DNA of 64,000 nucleotides from a virus (taxonomy: Duplodnaviria; Caudoviricetes), in the IMG/VR virus record IMGVR_UViG_3300025016_000004, one strand, 5' to 3'. The position numbers and the translations under genes were made by a program. Positions 57,595 through 64,000 of the stretch are shown piece after piece; within the stretch, counting starts at the first letter, position 1, and every line of letters starts with the position of its first letter. The notes beneath the pieces were generated by a model. The model saw nothing but the letters and a program-made list of their open reading frames with translations. It ran no database searches and had not been told where the DNA came from.

Positions 57595-58142
57595 AACAAT
57601 TTATAAAAACAACGATGCGAGAATTTTTGAATGAGAATAGAGTTTATCATTTATCCGATAATCCAAATTTAAAAATTGATAAAAACTATAACCCGAAACA
57701 AGGACAATTGGGTAAAGGTTTTTATGTAACAAAAAATATTGATGATTGGGGTATAGAATCTATTGGAAAACGTGATTATATATATGTAATAGAAAATTTT
57801 GAGGAATTAAGAATAGCCAAACCAAATGAACAACCAAATAGGGAACAACTCGTTGATTTTGGAATTAAAAATGGGTTTTATGAAATGGATAAGGTAATTA
57901 AACCTAATGGTGATGTTGTTAAGAATTTAGATGGGAATGATTTAATTAGACCTATTGAAACTGATAAATATAAAAAATATGCAACATATATAGACCCGAT
58001 GACTGGTAGTAGTATTGATTTTTTAGAACAAGAATATTTAAAATCAAAAGGCTTTGATGGCAAAGAACCATATTATAGCAGAGATGGTCATCAAATAATT
58101 ATATGGAATTATGATAAAATCAAATTAAAAAGAATTAAATAA
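57582..58142 (+). CDS. Protein with FIKTTMREFLNE leader and possible ART-like domain
   Basis: RVYH..GQLGKGFYVT. Confidence 0.6.
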   Translation: MKDLKQFIKTTMREFLNENRVYHLSDNPNLKIDKNYNPKQGQLGKGFYVTKNIDDWGIESIGKRDYIYVIENFEELRIAKPNEQPNREQLVDFGIKNGFYEMDKVIKPNGDVVKNLDGNDLIRPIETDKYKKYATYIDPMTGSSIDFLEQEYLKSKGFDGKEPYYSRDGHQIIIWNYDKIKLKRIK

Positions 58143-58364
58143 AGTGGGTGGGATTTTCTTTTAAATTTTTCAACCGAAATGTTGGTTAGAACGATGAACT
58201 GAACACTTACACATAACGTTTTGCGTGTATATGCCAGGTGGCGATTAGAAGCACTTACCTTTCAATTACACAGAATGTTTGATAGAAGAACGAATGTTGA
58301 ATAAACAACAGAACTCCCACTTGCATATATACCTTGTTATAACACGTTTTTAAAAATTAAAATT

Positions 58365-58691
58365 ATGAAAAGAAATATAACCGAAACCCCTGAAAAGTGG
58401 GTAATATTAAAACTATCAAACAATTATTATAAAGTTTTTGGAACTTGGAGTGGTGATTATTTAAATGGTGACAGGTGGAAGTTAAATTCTGGAATTGAAA
58501 AAGTTGAACAAGATGCTGATTTCTATTATTTTATCGGTTTTAGCGGTAGTTGCTACAAATGTCATAAAAAGAGTTATGGAACTGCAACTTCTTATGGATT
58601 AGGTATGTTGAATAAAATAATAGAAGATAGTAATAGTCAGATTGAATTAGTTGAAGATGAGGATATTGATGATTGGTCAAATGGGTGCTAA
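58365..58691 (+). CDS. Hypothetical cassette protein
   Basis: Stop lies in the next TAAC site. Confidence 0.7.
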   Translation: MKRNITETPEKWVILKLSNNYYKVFGTWSGDYLNGDRWKLNSGIEKVEQDADFYYFIGFSGSCYKCHKKSYGTATSYGLGMLNKIIEDSNSQIELVEDEDIDDWSNGC

Positions 58692-58752
58692 CGTTTAGTG
58701 TATGGCAAGTAAGCCACGCACGAAACTATCAAATTACTAATAACTTAATAGA

Positions 58753-59025
58753 ATGAACGAAACTTTAAATAACGCAGAAACCCACCATGTTTTATACACG
58801 GTGTTAGGCACAGTTTTATATCAAATTTGTGCAAAAGGAAAATATGCTTCATTTGATGGAAAAACCAAATATTATAGTAAAAACGCTTACATTAACAAAC
58901 CATCACAAGATGAAATAGATTCTTTTATTGATAAGTGCTGTAACAGTAAACATCCTAAGAATTTATATGATTTGGAAAAGGAAACAGTTGAAATATTTAT
59001 TGTTGAATTGAAACTTGCTCGTTAA
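58753..59025 (+). CDS. Hypothetical cassette protein
   Basis: Starts inside a palindrome (..LYTVLGTV). Confidence 0.6.
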   Translation: MNETLNNAETHHVLYTVLGTVLYQICAKGKYASFDGKTKYYSKNAYINKPSQDEIDSFIDKCCNSKHPKNLYDLEKETVEIFIVELKLAR

Positions 59026-59101
59026 ATAGTGTATAACGGGTTGCATATAACCTAAGTAGCGGACTTTAAAACCAAATGTTGAATATAAAAATAAACTTGA
59101 T

Positions 59102-59314
59102 ATGAAAGAAAAATGGACAATTAACATACCTAACCCGCTATTTTGGTTATATGCTGTTATGTATCGTTTTCATAAGTGTAAATTTGAAAATAAATTGTAT
59201 GATATACCTATGGAAAACAATACAAATTTTCTAGTAACACAATGCAGATGTGGAAAAACTAATATGGTAAGAGCACACAGGGAAAGTGAAATGTATAAGG
59301 ATTGGATTAAATGA
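59102..59314 (+). CDS. Hypothetical cassette protein
   Basis: Starts inside a palindrome. Confidence 0.55.
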   Translation: MKEKWTINIPNPLFWLYAVMYRFHKCKFENKLYDIPMENNTNFLVTQCRCGKTNMVRAHRESEMYKDWIK

Positions 59315-59520
59315 TACATACCAAGTAGAACAAAATGGGCACTGCGTGTATCAAGGAACTGAAAGTGATTGTAATGAATGGCTTAAATGTCAGTTAGGGT
59401 ATTGTGGCTCTCGTGCCGAATTATTAAGCACAAAACTTAATTTGGAACAATAAAGAAAAACAAAAAGAATTTTAGGGTGGAAATTTTAATTTGGAATATT
59501 TATATATATAAAGAAAATAC

Positions 59521-60109
59521 TATGAGTGAGATGAAAAACCATATTAAAACTACCTTAAAAGAATTTGTTGCTAAAATTATTAAAGAAGAACTTGAAAATG
59601 ACACATATGCTTCATTTAAAGGTGTAAAGCCATATAAAGAAAGATTATTAGATTTTAAAAATTCAATAAAAACATTCCACGATTTAGATGATGATAAAAT
59701 ATTGAAATGTATTGATTTTTTTGGGTGGGAAGGATTTGAAGATGAAGAAGAAGCTTTTAAAGAATTAAAAGAAAGGGTGGAATTTTATAAAAAATTACCA
59801 AATCCTTCAATAATGTATAGAGCAGTTGGTGTTAAAAATAAAAAACTGATAGACATTGAAAATATTGGGGAACACGTTACACCATATAAATGGGCTATTG
59901 ATGGAGATATGCTTTTAATGATTGGTAGTGAGAACTGGGATAATGATGTAGTGCCTTATATAATGGAACTTAGTGTTCCTTTATCTGAAATAGATATTAT
60001 TCAAACAATAATTCAGAATTTATCATTTCCAAATGAACATGAAATAAATTTGAAAAATAAAGGAAAAGGTGCTAAATTTGTAAAAGCATATAAATTAAAA
60101 GGTTTTTAA
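59521..60109 (+). CDS. Protein with HIKTTLKEF leader
   Basis: ATATTTATA upstream; ATG at 59521. Confidence 0.7.
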
Positions 60110-60233
60110 AAGTGCGTTGGGAAAATTCTTTTTGTTTTTCATCACAAATGTTAAATAGAAGGACTGAACTAAGGCATGGAGCATAACGGCTGCAAATATA
60201 TTGTCGTTTTAATGCAATATATTTGTTGTTAGC

Positions 60234-60856
60234 ACCAGTACGGTAATTTAAGATAAAACTTGATTAAATGGATAATAATTAGTATATTTGTAAAAAAAAT
60301 AAATTTATGGAAAAACAATGGAACTGGTTTGAAAAAACCAATAAAAAAGATGCAATTAAAAATGAGTTACAACCATTAATTACTGAAATGATTAGTGATG
60401 ATGTACAGTGTTTATTTATTAGCCCACAAGTTGGCGTAATTTTAGAAGAGTGTGACAATGTGTTTATAATACCTAATGATGAAATAATCCATCATAACGA
60501 AAATTTAACCGTAGAACATTTTTTTAATTTTTATAAAAATGATGAGCCGATAAGGGTTTACATTGATAGAAACAAAGAAGATGTTGAAATTATTGATTTT
60601 CGTGGACATAAAGAAATTGTTAATACTTTAAGAATTGGTAGTGATGGATTTTTTACAAAATATAGCAATAAACTTTAAATCGAAGCACTTTCGTAGTATT
60701 GGTGCTAACGGTTGGGTGTATGAGAAGGTTTGCTTGTATAAACTTTCAAATTACCACACTGTTAATAGCAAACTTTCTTATACACCTTGTTATAACCAGT
60801 ACGGTAATTTAAGATAAAACTTGATTAATTGGAAAATAATTAGTATATTTGTAAAA
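60234..60856 (+). repeat. ~62-bp direct repeat carrying a promoter (60234-60296, 60795-60856)
   Basis: ACCAGTACGGTAATTTAAGATAAAACTTGATTAA..AATAATTAGTATATTTGTAAAA after two attC-like sites. Confidence 0.85.
60307..60678 (+). CDS. Hypothetical cassette protein
   Basis: ORF track. Confidence 0.65.
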   Translation: MEKQWNWFEKTNKKDAIKNELQPLITEMISDDVQCLFISPQVGVILEECDNVFIIPNDEIIHHNENLTVEHFFNFYKNDEPIRVYIDRNKEDVEIIDFRGHKEIVNTLRIGSDGFFTKYSNKL

Positions 60857-61015
60857 TAATGAATTATGGAGAATAGAAGAATTATTAAAGTAGAAGTTCC
60901 AAAAGAAATTTGGGATGCACATATGTCTATTTTTAATTTTAGAAAAGATATATTAGGTGCTTGGATGGAAAGCGTTAGAAAAGTAATTAACGAAATGACA
61001 TTAACAAATTAATTT

Positions 61016-61345
61016 ATGGATAATAGTTTATTAATATTTGGTAATGAAAAACAAAATTACACTTCAGATATATTTTATATTGAAAATGATAATGTTTATT
61101 TTACCGAAGTAAATGTTTTTAAATTAAACGGAAACATCTACGCAATAGATGATACTTGTAAAGTAGATAGAAATGATATAGTTGATGGAATTAACAATGG
61201 TGATGATGTTATAATTAAGATAGATAGTTCTTTTTTAGTTGCAGTTATAATACCAAGGAGTTTAGAAACCAAACTAAAAAACGCAATTGATAATGAAGAT
61301 TATGAATTAGCAAAAATAATAAATGATAAAATTAAAAACAAGTAA
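61016..61345 (+). CDS. Hypothetical protein with C-terminal UVR-like motif
   Basis: LKNAIDNEDYELAKIIND. Confidence 0.6.
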   Translation: MDNSLLIFGNEKQNYTSDIFYIENDNVYFTEVNVFKLNGNIYAIDDTCKVDRNDIVDGINNGDDVIIKIDSSFLVAVIIPRSLETKLKNAIDNEDYELAKIINDKIKNK

Positions 61346-61828
61346 AATGGAAAATTTAACAATTAAAATCACTATTAGTGATGATGAAAAAGAAATCAAA
61401 GCTACAAACATCAATGTGGGTGATTATAAAAAAACTAAAGACTTACATGGTATCTCTTTGGTTGATGAAATGGTTAATGAATTATTATCTACAATCGAAG
61501 CGGATAAGTAGTATTGGTTATAACGTATCGGTTGTATGGTTAGTGCGATTTAATAATAATAAACTTTAATGAAATGACAGAAGCAGAGTAAATATTCGAA
61601 AAACACATTGGGTTAAATACTGAATTAGGTTATTTGCCTTTTGAAAGACGAACCTTTTAATTATTAACCGCCCTTTTTCTTTTATTTTTTTTGAGCGTGG
61701 GCAAATGCTTGTAAAAGCAATTATTTACAAAATAATTAAAATATTTTGCTTTTTTCTTTGGTAGTTACAAAATAAGTTATATATTTGTAGTGTAATAATT
61801 AATTAATAACAATTTAAAACACAAAATT

Positions 61829-62014
61829 ATGAAAACTTTACATTACATCTTAAACACAAAAACAGACGAAAGCTTTGATACAATAGAAATGAAATTTTAT
61901 CCTAATAATTGGGAACCTGAAATGGAAGAGGATAAAGATTATTTACAAAGCTTAATTGACGAAGACCCAGAAAAATTTAAAAACTGTATAATCGAAACAA
62001 GAACTTTTGAATAA
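61829..62014 (+). CDS. Hypothetical protein
   Basis: ORF after promoter. Confidence 0.6.
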   Translation: MKTLHYILNTKTDESFDTIEMKFYPNNWEPEMEEDKDYLQSLIDEDPEKFKNCIIETRTFE

Positions 62015-62423
62015 TGGCTTACTGGTTTTTAAATAAGCAAACAAAAGAGCCGAGAATATTCTCGACTCTTTGCCTGTTATGTGTGAAGAAATTACTGAAC
62101 TTGATAAGCAAAGTTTAGAGTACCATTTTAGCAGACTGAAAAAAGAAGAATTTGAAAACGATAATTACAGAATTGTTAAGCGTAATCTTGAGAGGGGTGG
62201 AAAAAAATAAAAGAAAAAGATTAGAAGCACTAAACGTTGATACAGCACGGAATTAGGCATAAACTATATACCGTGTTGTGCAATCGTTTTAATGTTGCAC
62301 AACGTTTTTCGGCTTGGTGTCTGTTATTTTGCCTTGCAGACATTTCAAGTTTTAGATAAATTTAATAGGTAAAATAATAGCACCAAACCGCTGTTAGTGG
62401 CTGGTGCGGTAAATTAAACGAAA

Positions 62424-62675
62424 ATGAAATTTCATAAAACAAAAGATGGTAAAAAAATTAAGTTGACTGATTTAGAAACGAATCACTTGAAAAATATCAT
62501 TAAATGGATTGAACGGAAAGCAAAGGAAGGATTAACGGTAGGAATGGGCGGTGGCTCGTGTGCTGAAGATATGTGGTATGATGAGGAAACTTATTATGGC
62601 AAAGAAGCTAAAAGCCAACTTAATTTTTCAGACTACAAAGCTGAATTGAAGCGGAGAGTTAGCACTTGCCACTAA
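62424..62675 (+). CDS. Hypothetical cassette protein
   Basis: Stop TAA coincides with a TAAC site. Confidence 0.65.
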   Translation: MKFHKTKDGKKIKLTDLETNHLKNIIKWIERKAKEGLTVGMGGGSCAEDMWYDEETYYGKEAKSQLNFSDYKAELKRRVSTCH

Positions 62676-62727
62676 CGTAGATAGGCTATGAATAGTAAGG
62701 CGATTTTAAAACACAAAACTTTGAATT

Positions 62728-62916
62728 ATGAAATGGATTAAATTAAAAGACCGAAAGCCATCTTGCGAGATTGATGGTGAAAAGATGTTGGTTTACAGAA
62801 TAATGAATGAAAGCCAAGCGAGTATGGCAATAAGCATCCTTGATACGAAGATGATTAAATACAGTAATGAGGATGAAACTTGGTGGATGGCTTTACCTGA
62901 TGAACCACGAACCTAA
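62728..62916 (+). CDS. Small protein (DUF551-like WIKLKDRKP..WMALPDEP) inside an attC-like loop
   Basis: N- and C-terminal motifs; flanked by complementary arms. Confidence 0.6.
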   Translation: MKWIKLKDRKPSCEIDGEKMLVYRIMNESQASMAISILDTKMIKYSNEDETWWMALPDEPRT

Positions 62917-63120
62917 GCCTTATTATTTATAGCCTTTGTTGTAAAATCGTTTTAATGTTTTACAACGATTTGCAGCTAACCGAAGTTGGCGATTACGAAG
63001 CACAAAACTTGAATTTAAAAAAAATGTATAATCGAAGCATAAACGTTGATATAACCACTGAACCGCCAATTTTGGTTAGGTGCTGTTATAAGCCGTTTTT
63101 CTTCACAAATTTTAAATAAA

Positions 63121-63327
63121 ATGTATAATAAAATACCAGATAACAAAGTAAAAGAAGCTATAAAGGATTATAGTATTACCAAATTGAAATTATTTATAGA
63201 TGCAATGGATATAGCTAATGAAAAAGCAGAAAGAGGTTCAGATGTTCGTTTCCAAACTTATGATGCTAAACAAGTAGCTATCGACTTGCTTTATGAAAAG
63301 ACGTGTAGTTTCTTAAATGGCTTATAA
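63121..63327 (+). CDS. Hypothetical cassette protein
   Basis: Stop coincides with a TAAC site. Confidence 0.6.
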   Translation: MYNKIPDNKVKEAIKDYSITKLKLFIDAMDIANEKAERGSDVRFQTYDAKQVAIDLLYEKTCSFLNGL

Positions 63328-64000
63328 CGGAAAAATGTAAAAAATCGTTGCGATATGAATGAAGAACTATTTGGAAAACTGCACGAACAAGAAGAATATG
63401 GATTGTTTGGGAAGGAACACGAACGCCAGCAATGTTTTTTACATAGTGTTAGCACCAGTGCCTACACGAAATTAAATATTAAAACTTAAATAAAAATACA
63501 ATGGCAAAAACAGTAAAATTACCCGATAACATTTCCGAAGAAGAATTAGTAAGGCTTTCTAAAATGAAAGAACTTTATATGACATACACCAATGAAGGAT
63601 TAAAAGATGATGAGTATGAACAAATGAGGCAATTAGCAGAAGAATTATCTTACTGTTTTGCTGTCGATACGAAGGTCTGATGGCATTGGTGCTAACGGTT
63701 TGCAGATAGGCGATGTGGCGGATTTTGGAACGCTGAACTATCTGTAAGCACTTAACTTGATTTGAAACACTAAACTTAATATTAACCGAGAAACCCGCCA
63801 TAGTGCTGTTATGTGCTGGCCTTCTCAAAAACTCAAATAGAATGATAAACAAAATAATTGAAATCGCATTTAGTGGCTTTTGGCCATTTGTAGGAATGAT
63901 GATATTACTAAACGGAGCGGCCTATTTTGCTGTAAACGGTTTGGTAAAAATGTGGAGCAGGTTTATGAGAATGTTAATGGTTAGGAAACATGGTTGGCCG

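Larger units (their letters stand above)
58214..63811. repeat. Array of attC-like imperfect palindromes (YAACG..TGTTR) separating single ORFs
   Basis: Sites at 58214-58339, 58689-58806, 59034-59159, 60184-60231, 60706-60792, 62300-62396, 62673-62941, 62963-63088, 63325-63451, 63693-63811, with self-complementary arms. Confidence 0.75.

Noticed and set aside
4916-63852. Most minus-strand and overlapping short ORFs in the track (e.g. 4916, 5061, 15560, 16872, 21910, 24589, 33144, 37979, 57299)
   Set aside because: They are shadows of real genes, tRNAs or IS ends, with no motifs or promoters.
1-64000. CRISPR array
   Set aside because: No run of equal-length identical repeats with unique spacers. 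The repeats seen are IS ends, attC-like palindromes and promoters.

Overview
AT-rich (~30% GC) segment of a large Bacteroidota (Flavobacteriia-type) phage genome. Evidence: dozens of TAnnTTTG (-7) promoters, no Shine-Dalgarno motifs, two Bacteroidota-type sigma70 paralogs, and dense small accessory ORFs. No structural genes or rRNA. The window is an accessory region for translation, RNA repair and anti-defence. It encodes two RNA ligases, DNA ligase, nucleotidyltransferases, Tpt1/KptA, 2H phosphoesterases, two Pth2-like proteins, a GGQ mini-protein, PARP, NADAR, macrodomain, Nudix, SLOG, Prs, RfbA, a dNMP kinase and a C5 methyltransferase. It also carries about 22 tRNA or tRNA-like genes in three clusters, an RNase P RNA, an ~820-nt highly structured ncRNA, IS200/IS605 elements with non-autonomous derivatives, and an attC-like cassette array in the last 9 kb. 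Main discovery: each tRNA cluster is preceded by a promoter, a leader peptide, an antiterminator and an intrinsic terminator, and each leader's control codons match the amino acids of the downstream tRNAs (L/V/C; F/E/A/D; Y/T/K/Q/P/G). This is the architecture of ribosome-mediated attenuation applied to phage tRNA operons. Second theme: homing endonucleases settle in genes by four routes: a split intein, an overprinted frame, an in-frame fusion, and tRNA splitting with a replacement tRNA. All calls were made by eye; no database searches were run.
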